From Clostridium sp. CAG:302 (GTDB lineage Bacteria > Bacillota > Clostridia > Lachnospirales > Lachnospiraceae): a DNA stretch of 64,000 nucleotides. The notes below the pieces were generated by a model. That model saw only the letters and a list, made by a program, of their open reading frames with translations, was not told where the DNA came from and searched no databases. The stretch is taken from NCBI GenBank assembly GCA_963657295.1, contig CAVKMX010000001.1:1577-65576 (forward strand). The letters run 5' to 3'. The position numbers and the translations under genes were made by a program. Numbering within the stretch: the stretch's first letter is position 1; every line of letters begins with the position of its first letter. This document shows positions 10,406-25,027 of this stretch, piece after piece.

Positions 10406-11947
10406 TCAATGCTGCGCCGCCCCCTGGGCCTTGTGGGCAAAATCCGAGATGTCTCCGGCCGTCACTTCCGTGCTGACCGCTTTCTGCGGATTCACCATTT
10501 CATCATGAATCTCATCCAGAATCGGCATCAGCTCCTCGGCATATTCGATCCCGATGTAGCCCAGGGAGTCGCTCATTACCGTCACCACGTAAGGATACTC
10601 CCCGTCGACGACGGCGCCGTTGGTATAACTGTTCTCAATGGAATTCCCCGTTGAGGCAATCCACCCCGCCTTGCTGTAGACCTTTTTGTCCTCTGCGGCT
10701 CCGATGGTCAGGGCCGCCGCGGAATTCAGGCTGTCCGTGAAGATGGTTCTGGCCCACTCCGAGCTTTCGGAATCCCCCAGCAGGAGTCCCGTCCCCTTGT
10801 AGAACATGCGGCACAGATCCAGCGGTGTCGTCATGATATAGCGCGTTTCGCTCTGCTTTGCGGGTACACCGGTTCCCTCCAGCCAATCTGCGAAAACCTG
10901 ATTGCCGTAGGTGCTGCGGATTCTCACGTAGGCATCGTTGTCCGACTGGTTCCCCGCCAGGTACATGTCCCGTGTCATGGAGACACCGTCTTCCAGGAGG
11001 CTGAAAATATACGGTGCCTTGATGACACTCGCGCTGTAGATTTCGGCCCCTGCATGATACGAAATGGCATCCCCGGTGGTGATATCCACCATCACGAACC
11101 CGATCTCATATCCTTCCTTTTCAAACTGTTCGATGATTTTCTCCAGCTTCCGGCTGGTCTCGGACGAGATGAGATATTCCGTGTTCCAGACATGAACCGT
11201 ATCCGTGTCATAAATTTCCGCTGTGATGGTCTCCCAGGACGTTCCCAGCTCCTTGTCCTTGCTGGCCTTCAGGCGGGAGGCCTCCCGCTGCTGCTCGTGC
11301 AGGAGAATCCCGCTCCCTGCATCCGGATCCCTCGGCAGGAGCCCGTCCCGCTGCCCGTAGAGCTGATACAGCCGGTACAACTCCTCATCGGACAAATCGG
11401 CCGTCTCCATCAGATTTTTCTCCTCCGACAGATCAGACGTCTCCATCCCGTTCTGTTCCTCCTCCGGCAGATCGGACGTCTCCATCCCGTTCTGTTCCTC
11501 CTCCGGCAGATCGGACGTCTCCATCCCGTTCTGTTCCTCCTCCGGCAGATCGGACGTCTCCATCCCGTTCTGTTCCTCCTCCGGCAGATCGGACGTCTCC
11601 ATCCCGTTCTGTTCCTCCTCCGGCAGATCGGACGTCTCCATCCCGTTCTGTTCCTCCTCCGACAGATCGGACGTCTCCATCCCGTTCTGCTCCCTGCTGT
11701 CCGCCTCCGCCGTGCTGTCCCCGGCTGCTTCATTTTCCTCCGGGGTCTCTTCCTCCGGTTCTGTCTTGTGTGCGAGCTTCCGGCTGCCCTCCGCCTCCGG
11801 ATATTGCTCCCGGAACCAGGTCGGATCGAACAAGGTTCCGTCCTCCATCAGCAGGGTTCCGGCCTGCGCGTTCAGCGTGTTCCCCTTCAGCAGCGCGCAC
11901 AGAAGGAGTGCTGCCGTTCCCGCTGCCCTGCATCCGGCGCGCCTCAT
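10406..11947 (-). CDS. Secreted serine hydrolase (class A beta-lactamase/PBP-like fold) with acidic tandem repeats
   Basis: Signal-like N-terminus, SxxK (ASVIK), SDN and K-A-G (YSKAGW) motifs; ATGA overlap with upstream gene. Confidence 0.78.
   Translation of the reverse strand: MRRAGCRAAGTAALLLCALLKGNTLNAQAGTLLMEDGTLFDPTWFREQYPEAEGSRKLAHKTEPEEETPEENEAAGDSTAEADSREQNGMETSDLSEEEQNGMETSDLPEEEQNGMETSDLPEEEQNGMETSDLPEEEQNGMETSDLPEEEQNGMETSDLPEEEQNGMETSDLSEEKNLMETADLSDEELYRLYQLYGQRDGLLPRDPDAGSGILLHEQQREASRLKASKDKELGTSWETITAEIYDTDTVHVWNTEYLISSETSRKLEKIIEQFEKEGYEIGFVMVDITTGDAISYHAGAEIYSASVIKAPYIFSLLEDGVSMTRDMYLAGNQSDNDAYVRIRSTYGNQVFADWLEGTGVPAKQSETRYIMTTPLDLCRMFYKGTGLLLGDSESSEWARTIFTDSLNSAAALTIGAAEDKKVYSKAGWIASTGNSIENSYTNGAVVDGEYPYVVTVMSDSLGYIGIEYAEELMPILDEIHDEMVNPQKAVSTEVTAGDISDFAHKAQGAAQH
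11421..11693. repeat. 39-bp coding tandem repeat, 7 copies plus a degenerate eighth (EEEQNGMETSDLP)
   Basis: Unit CTCCGGCAGATCGGACGTCTCCATCCCGTTCTGTTCCTC repeated head to tail. Confidence 0.95.
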
Positions 11948-12558
11948 GGCAGCTCCTTTGCCAACTCGTCCAGCGTTTTGCCGTAGGCGGGGAGGAAATC
12001 TCTCACGAAATCCCGAACCTCAGGCAGCTCCTCTGCCAGGTGCCTCAGGCTCTCCCTTGTCGACGCCTCCGCGCTTCGAAATTCCATGTTGCCGGAATTT
12101 CTCTCCTCAATGCACTTGATGAGAGCCGAGAGCTTATCCGCCGCCTTGACCAGGCGGCGAAGATACTGCTCCTCCGGCGCCAGCTCCTCCGGTGCCGTAA
12201 GGATTCCCTCATACGCCTGCCGCAAGTCCTCCGGGAGCCTTGCCAGCAGCTGCTCCTCTGCCTTTCTCTCCACTGCCTTGTAGGCATCCCGGATGGCGTC
12301 GCTCCCGTATTTGACCGGTGTCGGCAGATCTCCCGTCATGATTTCCGCCGCATCGTGATACAGCCCGACCAGTGCAGCCCGCTCTGCATCCAACTGCCTC
12401 CCGTAGCGGACGTTTCCGATGGTGCAAAGAGCGTGTGCAATCATGGCAACCTCCAGAGAATGCTCGGAGAGATTCTCCTCCCTGGTATTGCGCATCAATG
12501 CCCAGCGGCTGATGTATTTCATTCTCGAAACAGTTGCAAAAAAACGATACTCCATCAT
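11944..12558 (-). CDS. yfbR: 5'-deoxynucleotidase, HD family
   Basis: RMKYISRWALMRN..ENLSEHS, LYHDAAEIMTGDLPTPVKY, VKAADKLSA. Confidence 0.9.
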   Translation of the reverse strand: MMEYRFFATVSRMKYISRWALMRNTREENLSEHSLEVAMIAHALCTIGNVRYGRQLDAERAALVGLYHDAAEIMTGDLPTPVKYGSDAIRDAYKAVERKAEEQLLARLPEDLRQAYEGILTAPEELAPEEQYLRRLVKAADKLSALIKCIEERNSGNMEFRSAEASTRESLRHLAEELPEVRDFVRDFLPAYGKTLDELAKELP

Positions 12559-14543
12559 TTCTGATACATCCATACCCGCATGCTGCCGCCGCCGCGATTC
12601 CCCCAGGCATAATACGGAATCGCCCGCACGGTGATCTCCCGCTCTGCAGGCTGCTCCTCTGAATACAGCTCCTCAAACGGCGCCTCTGCCCCCTCTCCCG
12701 CACGAGTCTCCTCCGCAGCGGGGAAGAAGGCGGCCATCCCCTTAAAGTCAATCACCGTCATTCCGTTCAGCAGGCTCCCGTCATCCCTGATCTCCCGCGC
12801 GGTGAAGACCGGCTCCTTCGGAAGCCGGACGGCAGCAAGCTCCGGTCCGTTGTCGGCTTCCTCAATGCAATAGACCAAAGGCCCCCGCATCAACGCCGCC
12901 TGTCCCTCATTCGCGCGGACCCGCGGATTGCAGTAAATGCGCCGCACCGCCATGGAGAAGCGCAGCTCCACCTCATCGCCGTCCCGGAAGGCCGCTGTCA
13001 GATAATAATATCCGCACCGCAGACTCTCGGTCTCGGTCCCGGTCCCCTCTGCCATGTCATAGAGGCAGGTGCCGTTTCGGAGAATCTGTGCATCCCTCGC
13101 ATATCCCGGAATGCGGACGGCCAGGGTGAACTCCTGCCCGTCACAGCTTTCAAAACGATACCGGATTCTCCCCTCCCAGGGATAATCGCTCTCGGTGCGG
13201 ATGACGCCGTGGGCAAATTCTGCGGTTCCTCCGAGGTACAGATGATTGATCACCAGCTCCCGGCCGTCCTTCCGCGTTTCCTCCCAGGCATACGAGCCGA
13301 GGGCCTCCACGGTCCGCACAACGTTGGGCGGGCAGCATGCACAGGCGTACCACTGCGGACGCTTCGGCAGGACGTGCTCATAGCCGGGAAGCTTTCCGGA
13401 GACTCCCGGCACCACCTCCAGCGGATTGACATAGAAGAAGCGCTGTCCGTCCAGCTGGATGCCGGAGAGAATGCCGTTGTACAGAGCACGCTCCATAATG
13501 TCCGCGTATTTCCTGTCCGTCTGCAGGCGCAGCATCCGGTCTGCGAAGAACACCAGCCCGATGGAGGCACAGGTCTCCGCATAGACGGTGTCATTGGGCA
13601 GCTCGTAGTCGCGGGTGAAGCCCTCCCATTTCGCCGTCTGTCCGATTCCGGCCGTAATATACATCTGCTTGCGTGTGATGTTGTCAAAGAGCCGCTCGCA
13701 TGCAAGCTGCAGCTCCTGATCTCCTGTCACAGACGCCAGATCCGCCATTGCCGTCAGAAGATACACCTCCCGCACGGCATGTCCTCTGGCCTCGTGCTGC
13801 TCCCGGACAGGGGCGAACACCTGCGCATAATCCTTATCCGCCGGATCTGCCCCCCAATGCGTCCAGCCCCTCTTTTCCTTCTCTTCGGCGAACCAGTCCG
13901 AATCCTGACCGCGTCGGTCAATGAAGTATTGCGCCAGGTGCAGGTACTCCTCCTTGCCGGTTGCGTGATACAGCCGCAGGAGTCCGATCTCCACCTCCTC
14001 ATGCCCGGGAACGCCGTGAATCTTTCCCTCCTCCGGGCCGATGTTGGCCGCAATGCAGGCCGCATTGCGTTCCATCACCCGAAGGAGCCGGTCCTTGCCG
14101 GTTGCCTCATAATAGGCAACCGCGGCCTCCATCATATGTCCGGCGCAATACAGCTCATGGCATTCCTGCAGGTTCTGCCATTTGTGCTCCGGCTCCTTCA
14201 GGATGAAATACGTATCCAGATAACCGTCCGGCTGCTGTGCCTTCTCGATGACGGCAATGATATCATCCGCCCGCTTTTCCAGTGCCGGATCCGGGTGCAG
14301 CACCAGCGAATAGGCGACGCCCTCCAGCCACTTGGCAACATCGCTGTCCTGGAAGACCATTCCGTAGAATTCGCCCTCTTCCAGTCCCGCCGCAATGCGG
14401 AAGTTGGCCAGTGCATGACTTTTCTCAATGCCCGGAATCGCGTCGTTTAAAATTTTTTCCTGATACGGAATCACCACATCGGTGATCAGCTTCTGCCGTG
14501 CCGACCAGAATGCGTCATCGACACGCACACGGTGAAGATCCAT
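12555..14543 (-). CDS. Glycoside hydrolase family 127 (beta-L-arabinofuranosidase-like)
   Basis: FQDSDVAKWLE, HELYCAGH, GHAVR, YAETCASIG, CACCPPN, IPYYAWGNRG. Confidence 0.92.
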   Translation of the reverse strand: MDLHRVRVDDAFWSARQKLITDVVIPYQEKILNDAIPGIEKSHALANFRIAAGLEEGEFYGMVFQDSDVAKWLEGVAYSLVLHPDPALEKRADDIIAVIEKAQQPDGYLDTYFILKEPEHKWQNLQECHELYCAGHMMEAAVAYYEATGKDRLLRVMERNAACIAANIGPEEGKIHGVPGHEEVEIGLLRLYHATGKEEYLHLAQYFIDRRGQDSDWFAEEKEKRGWTHWGADPADKDYAQVFAPVREQHEARGHAVREVYLLTAMADLASVTGDQELQLACERLFDNITRKQMYITAGIGQTAKWEGFTRDYELPNDTVYAETCASIGLVFFADRMLRLQTDRKYADIMERALYNGILSGIQLDGQRFFYVNPLEVVPGVSGKLPGYEHVLPKRPQWYACACCPPNVVRTVEALGSYAWEETRKDGRELVINHLYLGGTAEFAHGVIRTESDYPWEGRIRYRFESCDGQEFTLAVRIPGYARDAQILRNGTCLYDMAEGTGTETESLRCGYYYLTAAFRDGDEVELRFSMAVRRIYCNPRVRANEGQAALMRGPLVYCIEEADNGPELAAVRLPKEPVFTAREIRDDGSLLNGMTVIDFKGMAAFFPAAEETRAGEGAEAPFEELYSEEQPAEREITVRAIPYYAWGNRGGGSMRVWMYQK

Positions 14544-14576
14544 TTCTGTCCCCCTCTGTTTTCCCTGTTATTTTGG

Positions 14577-20110
<5,534 letters not shown>

Positions 20111-20217
20111 TCTCTCATCACCTCTTTGAATGCTGTCTGCTGTTGGTGTATGCTGTCTCAGGACATTATACTGTTTCAGCAGAATTTTGTGTAACTCTTC
20201 CAGGAAAGGAGAACCGC

Positions 20218-21030
20218 ATGCGCAATCCCGCTGTTCCTCATAAGCTGGCAATGATAACCGGGGCCTCCCGCGGCATCGGGAGGGCCGCTGCCGCAGCGCT
20301 GGCTGCCGACGGATGGGACCTCATTGCAGTCTGCCGCCGTTCCGCCTTGCCGCTCCGGAGCCTTGCCGCAGAGCTTACCGCGCGGTTCGGCATTTCTGTC
20401 CGGACAGAGCTCTGTGACCTTGGATGCTCAGCCGAGGTGACGGACCTTTTCCAAAGGCTGGCTGCTGACAGTCTGGTGCCGTCCCTGCTGGTGAACAACG
20501 CCGGCATCGCGCACATCGGTCTTCTGCAGGAGATGACCGATGCGCAATGGGAGGAACTGATCCGGACGGATCTTTCCTCCGTCTTCTACACCTGCCGTGC
20601 GGTCATTCCCCTGTTCCTGCGCCGGGATACCGCAGCTGCGGACACCCCCGTACAGGGCGGCAGCGTTCTCCCTCTTCCCTCGGAGGACTGCCCGGGGCGC
20701 ATCATCAACATTTCCTCGGTGTGGGGCGTCGTCGGCGCCTCCTGCGAGGTGGCCTACTCCGCCGCAAAGGGCGGCGTCAATGCCTTCACCCGGGCGCTTG
20801 CCAAGGAGCTGGCGCCCTCCCGCATTCCGGTCAATGCGCTCGCCTTCGGCTGCATTGACACCGAGATGAACCGGCATCTCTCCGACGAGGAGAAGGCCGC
20901 CCTCGCAGAGGAAATCCCCGCAGGACGCTTCGCCCTCCCGGAGGAGGCCGCTGCCGCCGTTGTGCAGCTCGCCCATGCGCCGTCATATCTCACGGGGCAG
21001 GTCATCTCCATGGACGGCGGCTGGATCTGA
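20218..21030 (+). CDS. Short-chain dehydrogenase, FabG/YmfI-like
   Basis: ITGASRGIG, VNNAG, NISSVWG, YSAAKGG; RBS AGGAGA before ATG at 20218. Confidence 0.85.
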   Translation: MRNPAVPHKLAMITGASRGIGRAAAAALAADGWDLIAVCRRSALPLRSLAAELTARFGISVRTELCDLGCSAEVTDLFQRLAADSLVPSLLVNNAGIAHIGLLQEMTDAQWEELIRTDLSSVFYTCRAVIPLFLRRDTAAADTPVQGGSVLPLPSEDCPGRIINISSVWGVVGASCEVAYSAAKGGVNAFTRALAKELAPSRIPVNALAFGCIDTEMNRHLSDEEKAALAEEIPAGRFALPEEAAAAVVQLAHAPSYLTGQVISMDGGWI

Positions 21031-21044
21031 GCCGCCGTTCTTTT

Positions 21045-21083
21045 CGGGCAAAGCTCCTGAATCAGCTCATCCAGCCTGCTCAT
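21045..21083 (-). pseudogene. 5' stub of a type I restriction-modification specificity subunit (HsdS)
   Basis: MSRLDELIQELCP matches the common HsdS N-terminus MSRLDELIxELCPDGVE; preceded by an ORF remnant ending EGGEDA* with ATGA overlap; similarity stops at the convergent SDR gene end. Confidence 0.6.
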
Positions 21084-21237
21084 GCGTCCTCACCGCCTTC
21101 CTTCGGTTCTGAATCACTAACCTCCGTGAGCGATTCACCATCCGTTATTCCCGTTGCTTCTGCCTGTTCCAACAATACCCTGTCATTATCCTTATTCCTC
21201 GTCAATATTCCAAATTCTTTATAAAGTTCCGATTCAC

Positions 21238-21783
21238 TCAATCCGCCATCTCCTGCCAATCTTCCTTCGTCATCAGGCTGACATGACCTGTTCGCTTTTC
21301 ATGCATCAGCGGCACATCCACATTCTCTGATTTCCACTGATACTTGAATCCGCATTTTTTCTGGACACGCTTGGACTTCGTGTTGCCTTCATAATAGCCG
21401 ATCCAAACTTTCTGCATACCGCAGTCCTCAAAAGCATGGCGGAGCATTTCCTTCACAGCTTCCGGCATGATGCCCTGACCCCAGAACGGTTTTCCGAGCC
21501 AGTAGCCCATCTCGCATTCATCGTCCCGGTCGGTCATGTCGGTATACCCGTTCAGCTTCAATTCGATTGCTCCTATAGCCTTGCCGTCTTCTTTAAAGCA
21601 GACAGCATAAGCCTCTTTGCCGTTAAAGACGTTTTTTATCACATCGCGGCTCTCATCCAAACTCTGATGGGCAGGCCACCCGGCAATCGGTCCCACATCG
21701 GGATCGCTGGCGTATTTGTATAAATCCTCTGCATCGCTTTCTTCCCAGCGGCGCAGAACAAGACGCTCGGTTTTCAATGTCAT
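21238..21783 (-). CDS. GNAT N-acetyltransferase (RimJ/RimL family)
   Basis: LKTERLVLRRW, EMGYWLGKPFWGQGIMPEAV, NTKSKRVQKKCGF; visibly AT-richer than flanks. Confidence 0.88.
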   Translation of the reverse strand: MTLKTERLVLRRWEESDAEDLYKYASDPDVGPIAGWPAHQSLDESRDVIKNVFNGKEAYAVCFKEDGKAIGAIELKLNGYTDMTDRDDECEMGYWLGKPFWGQGIMPEAVKEMLRHAFEDCGMQKVWIGYYEGNTKSKRVQKKCGFKYQWKSENVDVPLMHEKRTGHVSLMTKEDWQEMAD

Positions 21784-22079
21784 TAGTTCGCTCCTATATC
21801 TTCTTCTGTGGCATATTTTATAATCATATGATTTTTCTCCTCTCATTCTCCGAGGTGTCTATGTTTTTTTGTTTCACAGATTGCTGCCCAGTTCTTTCAA
21901 CTCAGAAATTGCCTCTTCGTTATTACTCAAGTCCGTTCTGTCGCTCGCAGAATATGATTTCATAAACAGAACATCCCAGGACAGGTAATCTGCCATGCAG
22001 TTCGTCTCTTTCCTGCTCTTTCCTTGTATCAATCATCTGTTCTCTGCGCCCTTTGCGGCCCTTGTCCGTCCTGCCGTCC

Positions 22080-23039
22080 TCACGTCAGGAACCTTTTCCG
22101 CATCTGTGTGAGGTACCGGAGCATTGCCTGATGTTCTGCAGGATCGTCCGCCGTGCCGAAGCCGCCGCTCTTTTCCGCATGCTCCCCCTCCGAATGGTAC
22201 TCTCCGAAGCGGGCTGTTGCCTCGTTCTGCGGATTTCTCCAGTTGTCCCAGCGCTCGGTGCGCACCTCCCTGCTGAAGGTGCAGTTCATCCAGTACGAAG
22301 CGCCGTTCTCCCGCCAGGGCCGGCCGAGATAGACCGTATCCGGAGGACAGCTTCCCTTCACAACGCATCGATAGAACAGATACCCATGACGTGCCGCGGG
22401 CGTGCTGGGTGCCGTGATGTAACAGATTTCCCTCCCGTGCGGCAGAGGTTCCAGGCGGCACTGATCAAAGACAGCGTCTGCGCCGCCGAAGATGAAATCG
22501 ATGTTCCCGGCGATCCGGCAGTTCAGATAGTACTGCCGGGTATTCCTGCGCGGTCTGTTCTCCCCCGGTCCCCGGAAGCCGTTCGGTTCCCGCTCCCTCC
22601 GGGGCAGGGGTGCCGTAAAGAGCGTATCCTGGTTGCCCAGCAGAGCGACCTTCTCCATGAAGACCTCCTGCGCATCCGCATAGACTGCCAGTGCCTGCCC
22701 GGCCTTTTCTCCGTCCCCCGCCGTATTCTCTACGGTGAGATTGCGCACCCTCGCCTTCCCGCCGCCAAGGAACAGCGTCTGCGAGCGGAAGGTTCCTGTC
22801 TTCTCCTCCCCCGGCCACGGATCCAGCCCCCCACAGGCGGACGTGAGGATTGTCCCGTCCGTGCTCTCCCCCTCGATGATGTAATCCTCCAGCTCAATGA
22901 AAGGCCTCTCACGGTAGATTCCGTTCCTGAGGCGGAAGCGCACCGGCTCCTGCGGATTCGCGCTGCAGGCATTGACTGCTTCAGTCAGGCTTTGGTAATC
23001 CCCCTCGCCGCTCCTCGAAATGAAAATTTCCCTGTACAT
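22080..23039 (-). CDS. Pectin methylesterase (CE8)
   Basis: GIYRE, GQALA, QDTLF, GNIDFIFG, YLGRPW motifs; no signal peptide. Confidence 0.9.
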   Translation of the reverse strand: MYREIFISRSGEGDYQSLTEAVNACSANPQEPVRFRLRNGIYRERPFIELEDYIIEGESTDGTILTSACGGLDPWPGEEKTGTFRSQTLFLGGGKARVRNLTVENTAGDGEKAGQALAVYADAQEVFMEKVALLGNQDTLFTAPLPRREREPNGFRGPGENRPRRNTRQYYLNCRIAGNIDFIFGGADAVFDQCRLEPLPHGREICYITAPSTPAARHGYLFYRCVVKGSCPPDTVYLGRPWRENGASYWMNCTFSREVRTERWDNWRNPQNEATARFGEYHSEGEHAEKSGGFGTADDPAEHQAMLRYLTQMRKRFLT

Positions 23040-23173
23040 TCCACTCTCTCCTTATCCTGCGGGTCTCTGCGCTCCCTGCCGAAAACTGGCTGCCGCACCG
23101 TGACGGTAAAAATCCCTCAGGAGCCGCCGCAGCCGATCTGCGGTACTCCCGAGGGATACCCGATGCAATGCCT

Positions 23174-23995
23174 TTACATTGCCTTCATGAAGGCAATGTC
23201 CTCTGCAACGCAGGAGTGGTTGACATGCTCGCGCAGGAGCGTGACATTGCGGTCCTGACGGTGCAGCCATTTTGAAATCTCATCGAACCGCAGACAGCCC
23301 GTGCCCAGAGGCATTGTCGTAAATGTGTCGTAGTCATTGGTGATGCCGTAGACAAAGTCCTTGATGTGCAGTGCGGTCACCCTCGGTCCGATTACCGAAA
23401 GCCAGTCCCTCCACAGCTGTTCCTGCTCCGGAATTTTCTCATATTCCAGCAGATTCGCCGCATCAAAGATAAAGCGGAAATGGCTTTCATCTCCGACCAG
23501 ATCTATCAGATGCTGTGCCTCGTCCGGACTGTTGAGCGGATGCCAGTAGACCGGCTCCACCGCGAACACGGCATCCTCCCGGGCCGCCGCCTCCGCAATG
23601 CGCAGGATGCTGTCCTCCATGAAGCCGCACCGTCTCCTGCTCTCCTCCTTGTCCAGGTGAAGATACGAGGTCTCGCTGCCCACGCAGAGAGCTCCCAGCT
23701 CCTTCTGCAGCTTCAGAACGCGGCATACATTCTCCACCGCAGCCCTTCGCTTCTCCGCATCCGGAACACTCAGATCCTGGTAGCACCCCAGCACGGTGAT
23801 TTCCAGGCCTCTCTGTGCGAAGCTCTCACGAATCTCCCGGATCTGATCCGGCGTAATGTCCTGATAATTGCTGATCCCTGTGATTGCCTTCGGCATGGCA
23901 ACCTGTGCTGCCTCGAACCCCTGCCGCTGCAGGAGGTCCGCCAGCCGTTCGGCCGAATGCTTGCCGTAATCATGTGCCCGACACCCAACTTTCAT
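23174..23995 (-). CDS. Sugar phosphate isomerase/epimerase (xylose isomerase-like TIM barrel)
   Basis: Metal-ligand pattern AVEPV, FIFDAAN, ALHIKD, LLREH; PLGTG. Confidence 0.78.
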   Translation of the reverse strand: MKVGCRAHDYGKHSAERLADLLQRQGFEAAQVAMPKAITGISNYQDITPDQIREIRESFAQRGLEITVLGCYQDLSVPDAEKRRAAVENVCRVLKLQKELGALCVGSETSYLHLDKEESRRRCGFMEDSILRIAEAAAREDAVFAVEPVYWHPLNSPDEAQHLIDLVGDESHFRFIFDAANLLEYEKIPEQEQLWRDWLSVIGPRVTALHIKDFVYGITNDYDTFTTMPLGTGCLRFDEISKWLHRQDRNVTLLREHVNHSCVAEDIAFMKAM

Positions 23996-25001
23996 TTTTG
24001 TCCTCCTGATTCAGTGTCCTCACGGACTCCCGCTCCACCAGCTTGTTGTCCAGATAGACCCTTGCATTGTCAATGATGCCCGACTCCATCCGCTTCACCA
24101 GAATTTTCGTTCCCTCTCTGGCCAGATCTCCCATGTTGCGCTCAATGGTGGTCAGCCGCATGTTGCCGAAGGACGACATATTCCAGTTGTCGAAGCCGAT
24201 CAGGGAAACGTCATCCGGCACGTCCAGCCCCTTTTCCTGCACCGCCGCCTTCGCGGCAAACGCCATCTCATCGTTGAAGCACAGGATGGCCGTCGGCAGC
24301 GGATCCATCGTCAGAATGCGCCTGGCCGCCGCGTATCCGCTGGAATACCGGTAATTTCCCGTCTCGATATGAACTCCATCCGGGTCCAGTCCGTGCTTGA
24401 GCATGGAATTGCGCCAGCCGATGTGGCGAAGGCTCGTGGAATCCAGTCCCTGTATGCCCTCAATCACCGCGATTCTGCGGTGACCTCGGTCCAGGAGATA
24501 ATCCATTCCCCGCTCCATCGCCTTGGCCTCATCCGTCACGACATTCGGAATGTTGTACGGGACAATGCGGCAGATGGCGACCACCGGAATTTCCTTCTCC
24601 AGCACCTCATCGATGAAGGCGCTGTCCTCCGTTCTCTGGGAGAGCACGATGATGCCGTCGTAGAAGCTGGGGTTCAGCTCCCCCTTCTGATGCATGTCAA
24701 TTCCCTTGACCACCACATTGTAGCGGCTTCCGACCACATCGTATACACCCGTGAGCACATCGTGCAGAACGAACGGGGAGGTCATTTTGCTGATGGTGGA
24801 GAAATAAACGCCGATCGTATACGACCGGGACATTTTCAGCTGGACTGCCGCCTGGTTGGGAATGTAGCCCATCTCCTTTGCGATGTTCAGTATCTTCTGC
24901 TTGTTCTCCGAGTGTCCTGCGCTGACGTTGTTCAGCGCTCTTGATACCGTTGAATAGGAAACCCCGGCGCGTTTTGCTATATCCTTGATTGTAACCGGCA
25001 T
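23970..25001 (-). CDS. LacI family transcriptional regulator
   Basis: TIKDIAKRAGVSYSTVSRALN, GYIPN, VPDDVSLIGFDN; an alternative start lies at 25031. Confidence 0.93.
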   Translation of the reverse strand: MPVTIKDIAKRAGVSYSTVSRALNNVSAGHSENKQKILNIAKEMGYIPNQAAVQLKMSRSYTIGVYFSTISKMTSPFVLHDVLTGVYDVVGSRYNVVVKGIDMHQKGELNPSFYDGIIVLSQRTEDSAFIDEVLEKEIPVVAICRIVPYNIPNVVTDEAKAMERGMDYLLDRGHRRIAVIEGIQGLDSTSLRHIGWRNSMLKHGLDPDGVHIETGNYRYSSGYAAARRILTMDPLPTAILCFNDEMAFAAKAAVQEKGLDVPDDVSLIGFDNWNMSSFGNMRLTTIERNMGDLAREGTKILVKRMESGIIDNARVYLDNKLVERESVRTLNQEDKNESWVSGT

Positions 25002-25027
25002 TTTCGCTTTGCTCCTGCTGCCCTTCC

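Noticed and set aside
11421..11693. 39-bp repeats as a CRISPR array
   Set aside because: Head-to-tail units with no unique spacers, in frame inside a gene, and no cas genes.
10406..11947. Beta-lactam resistance gene
   Set aside because: SxxK/SDN/KAG motifs are shared with many non-resistance PBP-like hydrolases; activity cannot be inferred from sequence alone.
20754..21083. 109-aa minus-strand ORF as a real gene
   Set aside because: Only the first 13 codons look like HsdS; the rest is antisense to the SDR gene.
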